Counted from the first letter of the whole stretch, positions 1 through 12,702 are shown. The stretch: DNA of 63,371 bases, filler included, from Globobulimina sp. (GCA_003354225.1; 30 parts of 30 records of this genome joined end to end with filler, not necessarily neighbours in it); one strand, 5' to 3'. Translations and numbers: made by a program. The notes: generated by a model from the letters alone, not told the origin.

Positions 1-199
1 CAAAAAAAAGGCATACAAAAAAACAACTGTTCAAGACACTGCAGACATAAACGTTGAAGTCCGATCACCACACTGAGAATTAGCTCAATAGTTATGACTG
101 CAGTGAAATGAATCACTGCGAATTAATTCGAAGTGACAAATAATATTAGAAAAAGAAAAAAATAATAATAATTATGTATATACAATTAAACAACATTAT

Positions 200-1992
200 T
201 TATTGAACATATTCTTGATTGGCATCGTTATCTGATGTTGGAACAGTTGCATATTGAACATCGATATCTGCTAAATCAGCAGGCCCTGAATCAACAGAAT
301 CAGCCGAATGTTGAGGAACATTTCCATCCATCACAGGCATCATTTGCTGGATTGGTTCATGTAATTCTTGCTGCTGCTGCACCATTTGAACAAAATCACT
401 TTGCGGTTGAACTTGAACTTGGGCTTCCTGTGGCGGCTGTTGCTGATACACTACTTGTACCGGCTGTTGCTGCGGTAACATTTGAACGGGCTCATATTCT
501 TGTTGTTGTAGTTGCACTTGCTGCTGTACATGTTGCGGTGGTGCCTGTTGCTGTGGGACCATTTGCGTCACATTAACTTGAGCTTCTTGTGGTGGTTGAC
601 TTTGATACACCACTTGTTGGGGTTGTTGCGGCTGCGTCTGATAGATAACCTGTGGCTGTTGCTGTTGCTGTGGTTGCTGCGTTTGATATACAACCTGCGA
701 CTGCCGTTGTTGTGGCTGCTGTGTTTGATAGATAACCTGTGGTTGTCCTTGTGATGGTGGTTGCGTCTGATATATAACCTGTGGTTGCTGCCCTTGTTGT
801 GGTGGCTGTGTTTGATAAATAATCTGTGGCTGTCCCTGTTGTGGCGATTGTTGTGGCGACTGTTGGGCGACCACCATTTGTACAACGGTACCATTGACAT
901 TTAATGGAGGATTTATCGCATTCATCGGAACTGCAACGGCAGCGCCTCCCGCAACAACCAAATTGACATATATTAGCTGTCCAGATGGATCTAATTTGGC
1001 ATCTTTATTTTCTACGGGATCTATTTTGATCCATTTTGTTTCACAATGTTCGGCGCAGCATTTATAAAAACAACAACAATAATATTTACAACACAAACCG
1101 CATGATAATCGTTGGAATTTGCAACACATATAAAAGGCCACAAAAATAATAATAACACTGCACGCTATGACTGCAATCATAAAGGGTACTTTTTCATTAT
1201 TGTTACCGAGAAATAAAAAAAGTGCCGCCACAAACGCCAAACTTTGCTCACTTAACAATACCAACATTTTAATTGAAGCCCAGGCTGCTTGCCATAAGAT
1301 TGTCTTTTGAATATCCATGGTACTCTCAACTATATACACAAAAACAAAAAAAGAATAAAACCACGCACTGTTTCTCAAATGACTGTTTCAGAGTACTCAA
1401 TCACTACAATGTGTACATGAGTACATTTATACATATATACAGACAGAAACCTACTTTTTTGTTCCTTGCCGTCATCTTCCTCTTTGCCAAAAGCATCGAA
1501 TGAAAATCCTTCCGCATCCTCCTCTGCCTCATCCTCCTTAAAAACAAAGGTCATCGTTAAAAAATAATCCAGCATTTCGAGTACTTCTTCGCCGAAACCT
1601 AATATCGTCGCAGCGCCAATAAATTGATATACTACGGATTGACCGCCGCTTTTATCCGTTCCAGAATATTCTGAACTAATCACAATCGCGATGGCTGTGA
1701 GCACTTTAAATACGGTGTCAGATAAAGTAAGGATCGTTGTTTGCAGATTTTTGACTTTCTGAGCTTGGATATTTTGTGATTGTTGATGTGCTTTTGCTCT
1801 TTGATTTGCTTTCCGTGATTGGTATGCTTTGGTAGCAAACCCTATAAATATAAATAAAATAATAAAAAATGCTTGCGAGTACTTGTCGTCAGGGATAGGG
1901 AGCTCAATTGGCAGGACTCCCATTCTTGCGATCATCATAAGTGTCGACAATCCGTTGAAAGTGGACGTCAGCCACGAATACCAACACCTTTG
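200..1992 (-). CDS. Multi-pass membrane protein with Cys-rich juxtamembrane segment and long Q/P-rich tail (5' partial; intron 1330-1454)
   Basis: ORFs 1375-1950 and 200-1378 join in frame through a GTAGGT...TATAG intron (KEQK-I-ESTMD); hydrophobic helices, CCKYYCCC, repeated QPQVIYQTQ. Confidence 0.75.
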
Positions 1993-2017
1993 CTACAGCC
2001 ACGACAAAAACATATCT

Positions 2018-2117
2018 NNNNNNNNNNNNNNNNNNNNNNNNNNNNNNNNNNNNNNNNNNNNTTAATTAATTAANNNNNNNNNNNNNNNNNNNNNNNNNNN
2101 NNNNNNNNNNNNNNNNN
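2018..2117. other. Artificial contig spacer (44 N + TTAATTAATTAA + 44 N); first of 29 identical spacers, last at 61258-61357
   Basis: Identical 100-bp block recurs every ~2.1 kb; the 12-mer has stops in all six frames; contig lengths fall from 2017 to 2014 bp. Confidence 0.99.
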
Positions 2118-2267
2118 TGCATTTGATTTTGTGTTTGTTTGTGTGTTGTGTTTGTTTTTTTGTTGCCAAAAAAGTAGGCGTACCGCGTTTTCGTTTGTTA
2201 ACATAAAAAAAAGTAGGCAGTCTCTGTTTATTTACAAATAAAAAGTAGGCAGTCTCTGTTTGTTGAC

Positions 2268-3867
2268 ATGAACACACCGAAGAAACAGAGAAAGATTGAA
2301 CGGGCTGCAAAACAGAATGAGATATTACCTGTAATTGCTAAATTAGTGCAGCGAGAGTTATTGATCGGTGTCCAGTACACATTGAATGATGTTGCTGTTA
2401 TTCAACTTATTGAAAAATTAACACCCGCATATAAAGGAGATAAACCATGGAAAAGAAGAAAATCTGCAAAACAATGGATACAAAAGACATTGAATAATAC
2501 ACGAAAATTGCCAGTAACAGTTATGTTGTGTTTTATGCAAAGGGAATAATACAGACACAAGCACTTTTTTGGCAACATTCAATTTTTTCGGGTTTTTTTT
2601 GGCAACGTTATTATTCCTTTGCTTTTACAAACAGCCAAATAATGGACAGCCTGCAAATGGATACAATGGACAGCTTTCAAATGGGTACAATGCACAGATT
2701 GACGGTGGACAACCACCAATTTATAGTCAGTTACAATATGTAAATATATCAAAGAATGCATTTGCTGATACATATCAACCGTTGCAATATGGTGCAGCAA
2801 ATAATATGATAAATATATCAAATAATATGCCATTCTCTGATACATATCAAGCATCGCAATATGGTGAAGCAAATAATATTAACTCACCAAATAATATTCA
2901 TCCATCTGCACCACCAAAGCCACCACGTCCATCTTTAATTGATACATTTAATTCGTATAATGTTTGCAGAGAAAATGGACAATATATTATATTTGATGCG
3001 AAAACTAGTCAGTTAGTGACTGATCAGTTAGTATTTGATGAATTCGCTGAACATAAATTTGGTATAACGCCTCCCCATCCACAGTATAAAAATCATTATC
3101 TAAAATATACCAACACACAACCAAGAGATAAACCATTTGGTGGTGCTTGCATGCGATATGACTGTAAAAGTCAGCTTTCGCGATTTCAGGGAATAATGTG
3201 TCAAAATGGCGAGAAATGTGTGTTTTTTAGGATGTTTAGCCATAAATTAAATGGAAAAAATGATCAATTTTTATATCATCGCGAAGATTTAATTGCGTTT
3301 ACGAATGGTAGGACTAATTTTTGTTTACCGTGTGTCATTTGGTGCTCATTTATTAAACATAAATTGAGTGACAATGAATGGTTTGAGAGGGATATTCAAC
3401 GTACTCTCAAATATATACCTATTGCTCATGAAACAGTTGATAGACATTATTGTTTGTTGCGAGCTTATACATCGGACTCAAGAGATACTAAAATATATTA
3501 TTTATTATCATATCCTTTGGGTTCTGAACCCCCGACTTTATCAAATGTAGGAAATATTCAATTATATGCAGCTAAATATGGAACAAGACGTGGGAGGCAA
3601 CATTTAGTACACAAACATTGTAATATTCAATATAAAGATGTATTCAATAATAATAAAATTGAAACAGCTCGAATCTCATATCCTGTATTTGCTCATAATG
3701 ATGGATGCATCAAAGACATATTACATATAAAACATGCATATTCAGAGCAAGTACGTAATTTAAATCGAAATAATACAGCTGATGTATTTATAACTGAAAC
3801 TGGTTGGGCCCACGCAGAAGGCAAAAATTACGATTCGTCATTTTTGCCTGTTCGGGGCGCCATTTAG
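2268..3867 (+). CDS. Hypothetical protein (probable intron 2514-2634); C-terminus may be chimeric after ~3800
   Basis: ORFs 2268-2549 and 2569-3867 join in phase 0 via GTAACA...ACAG; N/Q/P-rich linker then Cys/His-containing region; no family recognised. Confidence 0.5.
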
Positions 3868-4234
3868 TGTGGTCCTTAGCCCTGATCGCACTAAATTGTT
3901 CACAATTGTTCGCGAGTGGGTTCGCACTCGACAGCGCCCAGACTACCCGATCGCGACCTCAAAACGTCTCGGCAATGTCACATACAAGCTTGAGCCGCCG
4001 TTTAAGGTGACGCTCGCCGATAGGCACCAACAATTCCGTGCCTAAATAAACGAGATTGAGTTGTCGGGATTCACCCTGTCACCCCTGTGCCATGACCCAC
4101 GATACCGATTGTTCGTAAAGAAATCGTCGACGATNNNNNNNNNNNNNNNNNNNNNNNNNNNNNNNNNNNNNNNNNNNNTTAATTAATTAANNNNNNNNNN
4201 NNNNNNNNNNNNNNNNNNNNNNNNNNNNNNNNNN

Positions 4235-5180
4235 GCGTTCCATTATGCCGGATTCAGTGGAGTTACAATGGAAAGCGTTTCGGGAATCATTTAGTTGCGG
4301 AGATGGTAAATCCGGCGCATTTTTTTATACTACACATGACTCAAAATATGTAATCAAAACAATTCCTAAGACAGAAAAAAACGTATTACTCGAGAAATTA
4401 GATAAATATATTAATTATTGGCAGCAAAATCCCGACACTCTTTTATGTCGATATCTTGGATTGTATTCTATTAAATTATACGGATCAAAATTATATTTTG
4501 TAGTAATGGAAAATGTTTTTGTTGATAAAGAGAGACCGTCGGATAAATATGATTTAAAAGGAAGTTGGATTAATAGAGAAACTAAACATCTTAATGTGAC
4601 AAAGAAAGAGGTAAATTTCAACGCGAAAGAGAAATGTATATATTTGAATGAGTCGCGAAAAACGCGTTTTGATCAACAAATCAGTAAAGATTCTGAATTT
4701 TTATGTAATGAGTCATTAATGGATTATTCCTTATTATTGGGCATATATATTACAATAACACAAGAAATAAAAGAAAATGAAGAAGGAAAATATCCAGAAG
4801 AAAAGTATGATGATAAAAATAGTGCAAAGTCAGAATTATTTAGCAAAAAATATGTTTTTGCTATAATTGATACCTTGCAAAAGTATGGAAAACAACAAAA
4901 ATTAGAACATTGTTTTAAAACATGTTTTCGCCGATTGGAAGCGGGCGGAATTAGTTGTATTGAACCAGTCAAGTATCAAAAACGATTTGTAGATTTTATC
5001 ACAGCAAAGACCATCGTGCCTCAAAAAGCAAAGAGTTCAAAAAAGGAAGAAGTTTCAATAACAGTTATAACACCAACACCTTCTGTTGTTAGTGTTTCTT
5101 CTGTTCTTAGTGCTTCTTCTGTTAAATCACAAGTGATTCCTCTGTTAAATAACTCTCTACAACCAATTGATGATAATTAG
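4235..5180 (+). CDS. PIP5K: Phosphatidylinositol phosphate kinase (PIP5K family), 5' partial
   Basis: GKSGAFFY, KYVIKTI, KYDLKGS, MDYSLLLG and IIDTLQ motifs. Confidence 0.93.
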
Positions 5181-5269
5181 TAGATTACTTTCATTGTTTT
5201 GTGGAAAATAAATAAATTTAATTATTATGTTTTCCTAGCACATTGTTGTCAGTTTCTTGCTGTAATGTT

Positions 5270-6251
5270 TCATGCATTTCCGGGAATTGATTTTTTAAAT
5301 TGGTCAATGTAAATATTACAATAAATACGAAAGATATTAATCAGGAATGCAGGGATTAATATCACTTTGTTCATAGATCGTGATTCATAATATTGATAAT
5401 AAAGAAACAACCAACAAAACCTAGCAATACTGATTAAAGTGGCCGTTGTAAATAAAAATCTGAACCAGCCAAAAAATGCATTATTTTTGAAAGCAGCTAC
5501 CATTCCACCACAGAACATTGATAAAATAGCAAATGCAATGAAGCTGCTTGTTAACATATGTGATACAAAAAGGCTGTCAGCTCTATTTATAACTTCTTCT
5601 GACACAAAGCCTGAACCTGTAACCAACTCAAACATTATTAATTCAAATGTAACTATAATTTTAATAGCATAATTCTTTGAACTCAATCCCAAAAATTGAG
5701 CTCCGGATCCTTTCTGAATATCAATAACATCAACAACAGATTTTCCGAATGATTCAATACAGATAACACAATAAACACGAACTACTGCAATAACACTGAA
5801 AATAAATCCTAATATGTCGGTTGGATATAAATTGAGTGCATTTCCAAAAGCGAATCCAACTCCAATTATTGTAACAATTGTATACAAAATACTGAACCAT
5901 CTCAAAAATAAATACTTGTTCATAAATACAGCAATAACGCCGTAAGCACCTGAAAGTAAATTAATTATACAAATACAAAGTACGCAGTCTGGCGCACCAT
6001 TTTGAAGCATAGACCAAAAATGGCCCATCAATACAGCAAATATCGCCAGCTCCATAATTACATATACTTTAACAGCATTTGTTGATGACATTAATGGAAA
6101 TAATTTTCCATTTTGCAATTTTTCTGTTATTTGTTTTCTGTATCTTTGTAAGCAGATGTTTCCATAAACTCGTAATAATAATATTAATAATATTATTATA
6201 CACCAACAAATTTCAGAAACAGACACTAAACGAACACTAGTTAAACCTAAT
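5270..6251 (-). CDS. Polytopic membrane protein made of repeated ~140-aa modules (5' partial)
   Basis: Many hydrophobic helices; internal repeats RVYGNICL/RVYCVICI/RIYCNIYI. Confidence 0.7.
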
Positions 6252-6351
6252 NNNNNNNNNNNNNNNNNNNNNNNNNNNNNNNNNNNNNNNNNNNNTTAAT
6301 TAATTAANNNNNNNNNNNNNNNNNNNNNNNNNNNNNNNNNNNNNNNNNNNN

Positions 6352-6440
6352 CCTTGCTCCATTTGATCCAAATCACCACTGTATTGTGCTTGTGCATCGG
6401 AAGTGCTGGCATGGAGTTCTGGTATCTCATCATCACTCAT
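6352..6440 (-). CDS. 5' end of a divergent gene (MSDDEIPELHAST...), cut by the contig end
   Basis: ATG at 6438-6440 after an AT-rich leader; frame open to the contig edge. Confidence 0.4.
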
Positions 6441-6786
6441 GTTTAATATTAATTAATTAATTGGTTGCTATTTATTTTAGTTTTATTTTCAAAAAAATGT
6501 AATTTTTGTAAAGAATTAAACAGTCAAACATACCTTTTGAGAGTTTCAAAGTGGTTGATAGAATTAGTTGTTTGTTTGACAAGACAGGATTGCTTTGAGT
6601 TTTCGATGTGCACGCGATGAATAAAAACCTTGTACTACACTACTTGACTTTGAGTATTTCCTTTCAGAACCTATCTGATTGATACAATACACACACAATG
6701 CAACAACGCAAAAGTCAAGCAAAATGCCGAAAGAGTTAGTGCGGTCAAGCCTAGTAGTACTACTACACTAAAACATCATCATCCTC

Positions 6787-8049
6787 ATGAATCCACCATG
6801 GCAACCACCAGACCCAAAGCGTTTCCGTCCCAATCAGTCCACCAACGATCGTCAATGGATACCCCCACCGCAGCATGCACCAATCCCACACCAACCGCAC
6901 GTTCATCCATCACGTCAATCACAACTACCACCGCCACCTCCACCAATTGCCCCTTATCATCAACCACACCCTCAAAATCTACCACCTGCCCCTTATTATC
7001 CACCACCACAAAATATCCCACCTCCATACCAACATCAGCAACCTCCATATTATGCATCGCATCCACAGCAACCACCACCACACAGCCAGGCCCATTCCCG
7101 TCGCAATAAATCCTCAGATCCACGTCAGCGACCTCCCACTTTCCACAATCACAACAACCACAGCCACAGCCACAACGGCACCGACTTGAACCACAACAAC
7201 AACAAAGGCAACAAGGACCAATCCAGTGCCATATTGGATGTATTGCATATCTCCTCCGACGAGACCAAGAATTTCGGTGACTTTGCAGTGACATTGTCGC
7301 AGATTTATGGCAGTCGCAATATCGATGGTTTGCCCTTTGGTTCGTCGTCCACACAAAGCATCGAATTTGATGGCCGCATCCGCAGCGAGCCGATCCTGTC
7401 TTTTTTGCCGGAAGCCATAGAGACGCCGTCTAAGAAAGTGCGAGTCTATGAATTGTCGCCTTTGGCGAGTCGCGATGCGCGTTCTTATGATGAGTTACTT
7501 GCCTTTTTCACCAAAAACGAGCGGTGTCCGGTGGTGGATAAGGAGTATAATATGGGCATTTTGCTATATTTTGTGCCGCCAAAGTTGATATTTAAGAAAG
7601 TGGATCCTCATAAAAGCGCCAATAAGAAACAGAAAAACAAGAAAAACAAACGGAAAACACATCGGATAAATTTCATGGAATTATTGAAGTTAAATGACGA
7701 GAAATTGAGTGAGGATAAGTTGTGGATGATATCTATAATGAGTACGAGCAAATATTTGTTGTTTAAACAGAAGGTGAAAGAGAAAGAAAATGAGAAACAT
7801 AACAAGAAAAATGGCGTTGTGAGCGGCAGGAAGAAGAGGGACGAGGCGGAGTTGAGTGATATTGAGATATCGGATGATGAGGAGGATGAGTCTGACAATG
7901 GCGATGGGAATGGCATGGATGATATGGAGGTCAGTGGCGAGGACAGCGGCGATGGGAAGAAAAGCAAAGTGGATGACATACAGAAAAGTGAATTGATTGT
8001 TGCTTTGGAACAATTGTATCAGAAAATTGGACAGAAATTGCCTGATTAA
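6787..8049 (+). CDS. SPOC-domain nuclear protein with Pro/Gln/His-rich N-terminus and acidic tail
   Basis: VYELSP...SYDELLAFFTKNERCPVV...LYFVPP resembles the SPOC core of PHF3/DIDO/Bye1; basic NLS-like tracts. Confidence 0.7.
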   Translation: MNPPWQPPDPKRFRPNQSTNDRQWIPPPQHAPIPHQPHVHPSRQSQLPPPPPPIAPYHQPHPQNLPPAPYYPPPQNIPPPYQHQQPPYYASHPQQPPPHSQAHSRRNKSSDPRQRPPTFHNHNNHSHSHNGTDLNHNNNKGNKDQSSAILDVLHISSDETKNFGDFAVTLSQIYGSRNIDGLPFGSSSTQSIEFDGRIRSEPILSFLPEAIETPSKKVRVYELSPLASRDARSYDELLAFFTKNERCPVVDKEYNMGILLYFVPPKLIFKKVDPHKSANKKQKNKKNKRKTHRINFMELLKLNDEKLSEDKLWMISIMSTSKYLLFKQKVKEKENEKHNKKNGVVSGRKKRDEAELSDIEISDDEEDESDNGDGNGMDDMEVSGEDSGDGKKSKVDDIQKSELIVALEQLYQKIGQKLPD

Positions 8050-8468
8050 TCATGTTTGGACTTTATGTGTTACCATTTAAATTAATTAGTGTTATTATTG
8101 TCATCATTTTTTTATCCTTGCACTTAGTTCAAACTATAATATAACATAATGTGTCAGGTTTAATAGTACTGTCAGTGTACGTACCATAGAAGGACAACAA
8201 CACAAACACCTGTTCCACCCAACTGAAGCACCAGTTGTAACCGCAGTTTTTCGGCGTCAGACCAAAGAGCATCCGGTTTTCAACGTCATATTATTATTGT
8301 TTCTGAGAAACGAAGGCAAACCTATATAATTTTTGCCTTTGTCAGTCACCAGAAACGGTTTGCATCTANNNNNNNNNNNNNNNNNNNNNNNNNNNNNNNN
8401 NNNNNNNNNNNNTTAATTAATTAANNNNNNNNNNNNNNNNNNNNNNNNNNNNNNNNNNNNNNNNNNNN

Positions 8469-8693
8469 ATCGCAACCTTCAGGCAGCTGCTCGGCAATTT
8501 TATCTCCGGAATCCTTAACATCGCCACCTTCATTGACCATTATTTTTGCGTAAAACAACTCATCCTCACCCTCACAGCCAACACTGCGAGGCAAAGGCAA
8601 TGACACCTTAGGACGAGGATTAAAACCCTCACTGTAGCAAACATCCACCCCGGCGCGCACAAATGCACGTTGAAACATCGACATAGTTTCCAA
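8469..8693 (-). CDS. Bacterial radical SAM-linked protein fragment (DUF2344/TIGR03936-like)
   Basis: ETMSMFQRAFVRAG..YSEGFNPRPKVSLPLPRSVG matches the family signature; GC content higher than the rest of the contig. Confidence 0.8.
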
Positions 8694-8764
8694 ATACCGC
8701 AGGCGTGTTTACATCGGTGCTTTCAATGGGGGTTTATATCAGTGCTTGTATACTGCTGTATATG

Positions 8765-10181
8765 TCATGTATACTTTTGAATGTCACTTTTATGTGCATT
8801 TATCGGCAATAACTCTGGTACTTTTTTCACACTGTCTTTCTTCATAGTTTTATACAAATAAATGACAACCATCAACGTGATTATATATATCAAAACCAAC
8901 AGTACCAACTCCCATTTCATTCCCCCGCGAGCATACAGCGGAGCTACAGTTAATTGCGATATAAACACACTGAAACTCTGCACAATCCCGACCATGGATG
9001 AGGCTCTCGCCTGCTGCAAAGGAGGAACCATATTTACGATCAAGATCAACGCAGCCACCACAGCTGCTTCTTGACCAAAAAAATAAATACCAATCGTTGA
9101 AAATAAAAATATCTCATCATACCATTCAATCAAATTAGTAATACATATAACAATCATCGCAATTGTCATCACCAACGTGCTGAAAAGCATCATGCTCTGC
9201 AATGTCAGTTTATATTTATTCCCATGCTGTCCATCGTGATGCGCACCATCACTTTTTGTTAAATATGTAATGCACAAAATCCCGCATAAATTGCCAATGC
9301 CTTCAGAGAGCCCAACAATATCACCAAATGTCTGTTGACTGAAATGAAATAACTGCTTCAACCAAACGCCAAAAGAGGAATAAAAATAACCCCAAGAAAA
9401 AAAGAATAATATGAGCGAAATTGCAACGATCCAAAATGCTTTTATTTTGTATAAAACAGCTAAATCATTCTTAATCGAAACAGTGCTTTGAGTTTGAGCG
9501 TGTTGCGGCAAATTTGCATTTGATATTTCTAAGTTATATTTATTGGCAGATATTTTAGGGAACAAAAATACGCTGAGAATGGTCAACAGGAAAAAAATAA
9601 TGATTAATATCTCTAAATACAACCAAATGCTGCCAAGTTCCATCACATAGCCAACGCCAAGAAATATAAATGTTGCTATAGTCCAAGAAGCGTTTAATGC
9701 GGATAAATATTGATGAGATATGTCGGGCTTGGTAACAAATGTTGAAATTACTGCATTGGAGCAACCAAAGTGTACATTTTGAATTAAAAATGAAATGATA
9801 ACTGCGATAGCAAAGAGAGCTTTGTTGTGTCTGAAATACCATAATATGAGACATGATATGCATTCGAGCAATGCGAATATAGAGAATACCGCATTTGTGG
9901 GTAGATGCAACATTAATGGGTTGACAATAAATGAGGCAGCGGTTGCTAAAGAGCCAACTGATAATATAGATACAGTAAAATTATATGAGAAGCCATAATC
10001 AACGATAATGTATGCCTGGATTTATAGTTTTGTATACGATAACGATTAATACGAATTAATGTGTCGACTTAACTATAAAGGCACATAAAGATTTGAAGAC
10101 TAGACAATTGAATGTGTTAATCAATGTGAGCAATATGGCATGATGTGTTCGCAAAATAGGTTTTGCTTTCAAATTGTCCAT
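8765..10181 (-). CDS. Major facilitator superfamily transporter (intron 10016-10073)
   Basis: About 12 TM helices with central loop; first exon MDNLKAKP...KSLCAFI splices in phase 0 (GTTAAG...TCCAG) to AYIIVDYG; C-terminal PLQQARASS motif. Confidence 0.85.
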
Positions 10182-10585
10182 TTCAGTTGTTTTTGATTTT
10201 TTGAACCTTCACTAGATTAAGTTTTTTATTATACTTATCTTGGATTCAAGCAACATATTCAATTTTTATACAGCAACCAACAGTACGAATAAGTTACGCG
10301 AAGATCACTCGGATTTATAATAGTTGTATTTGTAGCAAAACTATTTTTTAAGCAACATTCATTTATTTTAGGCGAGACAAAAAAACTTGCAATTAAATTG
10401 AAAATAAAATTAGTTTAAAACCAACACATAAAAGTTAAATAAAACAAGCACGGCAAAGAGAAACACACAGTTTAAAACTTTACAANNNNNNNNNNNNNNN
10501 NNNNNNNNNNNNNNNNNNNNNNNNNNNNNTTAATTAATTAANNNNNNNNNNNNNNNNNNNNNNNNNNNNNNNNNNNNNNNNNNNN

Positions 10586-12344
10586 CAATACAACAATAAT
10601 CCAGGATTTTCAATATTAGAAAGTTACTCAGCTGGTTGGAGTCGCATAAGTATGGCAGATAATTCATCTTTACTCTTAAATACAGATTCATTTCTGATCG
10701 ATGGTAATTCTCACACACTCAAAGGTTTGCTACCATACATTGTATAACATTTTCATGATCGCATTGCTTTTTAAAAGGTGTATTGTATAAATTTATGACG
10801 TATGACGGCCTAATCGGTGAAATGAATGAGTCAGTTATCAATAATATGACAATTGCAAATAGTTCAAGTTGCAAAGGATATAATTCTTTGTATAAAAAAT
10901 GTGGAATAAATCCACAATATAATATTACAAGAACAATAATGCAATCCATCACAAAAAATGATTTTACAACAATGCAGAAAACATTACCAGTACCTACAAG
11001 TTTTGTGATTGCATTAAAAAACATAAATTCATTGTTATATATATATATATAGAACTTTTATGGGCTGGAATTAGAGACACAGATAATACGCTGTTTCTTA
11101 TTGGAGGTTTAAATAACATTGGACATGGCTTTAACACTCAAATATATAAATTAGATTTATCTTGGTTGACATATAATAGTTCAACGTATAAACTATCAAT
11201 AAATTCTGACTGGCAAATTTTAGACCATATTTATCCAGATATTATTACCACTACAACTTTCACAGACGATTTTACCAATGGACGTATATTGTCATTCACA
11301 AACCAAGGCAGTGCTGTGATAAACAACAAAATATATTTAACATATCCTCGATCACAAAACTCTTTGGCAAGCAATCAAGTACTAATTATATTTGATATGG
11401 AAACCGAATCTTACACCAATTCATCAACATATTCGCAAATATCAATGAATAACAGATATTCATGCACTGCTACCAACGCAACACATTTATTCGTGATTGG
11501 CGGTTCAACCTATAGCTGGCCAGTCGCATTCCCGCGAATGACATTGATATATGATCCTGGCAATGATATTTGGAGTCAGGTTGCCGATACAAATGCAGAC
11601 CGTTGGAACTGTGGCTGCGCATTCGATGTTAATAATGCTTATTTGTATATTTTTGGCGGAACCTATGTAAGTTCCATTGAAAAATATGATTCTGCAATGA
11701 ATGAATGGGGTGTTATCAATGGAGAAACTGTGGATGTGTATTATTCCATTGTTTGTATGACTGAAGTAATGACGCAATATATATACTGTATTGGCGATGA
11801 CAGAAGTTTTGTGGAAGTATTTGACCCGAATACTGATACAAAAGTGCCAAATGCTTATAAAGTATCAAATAATTACTTTGGAACTGGTATTCTTGACTTT
11901 GCATATTCGACGTATCAATTCTCAGCAACGCAAAGTATATTGTTTTATTTTGGTGGGAGAGCAACGCGAATAAATGGTGGCGAAAATTATATTGACGGGA
12001 TACATTATAAAGTACTTGAAGAGTCACAATCGGTTCCAATGGCATATCCAAATAATACGGAGGATGTGGAGATTTTAGAACAATATGCAACATTAAGATG
12101 TTTTTATGGAACGCCAGCACCGACAACAACAATGCCAACAACAGATGAGCCAACATATCCGACAATGGGGCCTACTTTTCGCCCAACACGGGGACCAACA
12201 TTGCCTACTCACAGTCCTTCACCATATCCAACGAGAGATTTTACAACATCGACGAGTCAAAGTGTTGATGAACATGGTTCAACAAGTAATCGAACTTTGT
12301 GTATAAGTGTATTTGTCATTTTGTTTGTTTGGGCTTACAGTTAA
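10586..12344 (+). CDS. Kelch-repeat cell-surface protein with Pro/Thr-rich stalk and C-terminal hydrophobic (GPI/TM) tail; 5' partial; introns 10725-10777 and 11000-11052
   Basis: LFLIGG, LFVIGG, LYIFGG kelch motifs; PTTDEPTYPT stalk; both introns keep the frame. Confidence 0.85.
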
Positions 12345-12437
12345 AAAAAGTGATATAAAATAAAGATTTTCACGAAGTGAGCAAGTTTCAGTCTGAGGTT
12401 GAGGTGATCCTCTTTGTATTATATAAAACAAAAAATA

Positions 12438-12602
12438 ATGTTGTGCCAAATGCAACGATTAAGACAATCCAACATTGCAACAATCTCCGTAGCCAAAAGA
12501 TTTTTTGCTGCTAAACCAGTACAACCCGCAAAAAAAGGAATCATTGATCGGCTGAAAGAGGGTGTAGTTATTGGTGATGGTGGTTTTGTCTTTGCGTTGG
12601 AA
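12438..12602 (+). CDS. BHMT: Betaine-homocysteine S-methyltransferase N-terminus with a presequence-like leader (3' partial)
   Basis: AKKGIIDRLKEGVVIGDGGFVFALE closely matches the BHMT N-terminus (KKGILERL...VIGDGGFVFALE). Confidence 0.88.
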
Positions 12603-12702
12603 NNNNNNNNNNNNNNNNNNNNNNNNNNNNNNNNNNNNNNNNNNNNTTAATTAATTAANNNNNNNNNNNNNNNNNNNNNNNNNNNNNNNNNNNNNNNNNN
12701 NN

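Noticed and set aside
235-900. Overlapping ORFs 235-576, 512-754 and 568-900 (and similar ones at 6785-7354, 13434-13915, 31797-33298)
   Set aside because: Shadow frames of low-complexity or GC-richer real genes
2168-2262. Three copies of AAAAGTAGGC upstream of the ORF at 2268
   Set aside because: Could be promoter or subterminal repeats, but too short and too close to the contig end to interpret
3790-3862. Complete tRNA gene ending at CCA 3862
   Set aside because: No T-loop (TTCRA), D-arm or matching 5' acceptor strand upstream; only the 3' 16 nt are tRNA-like
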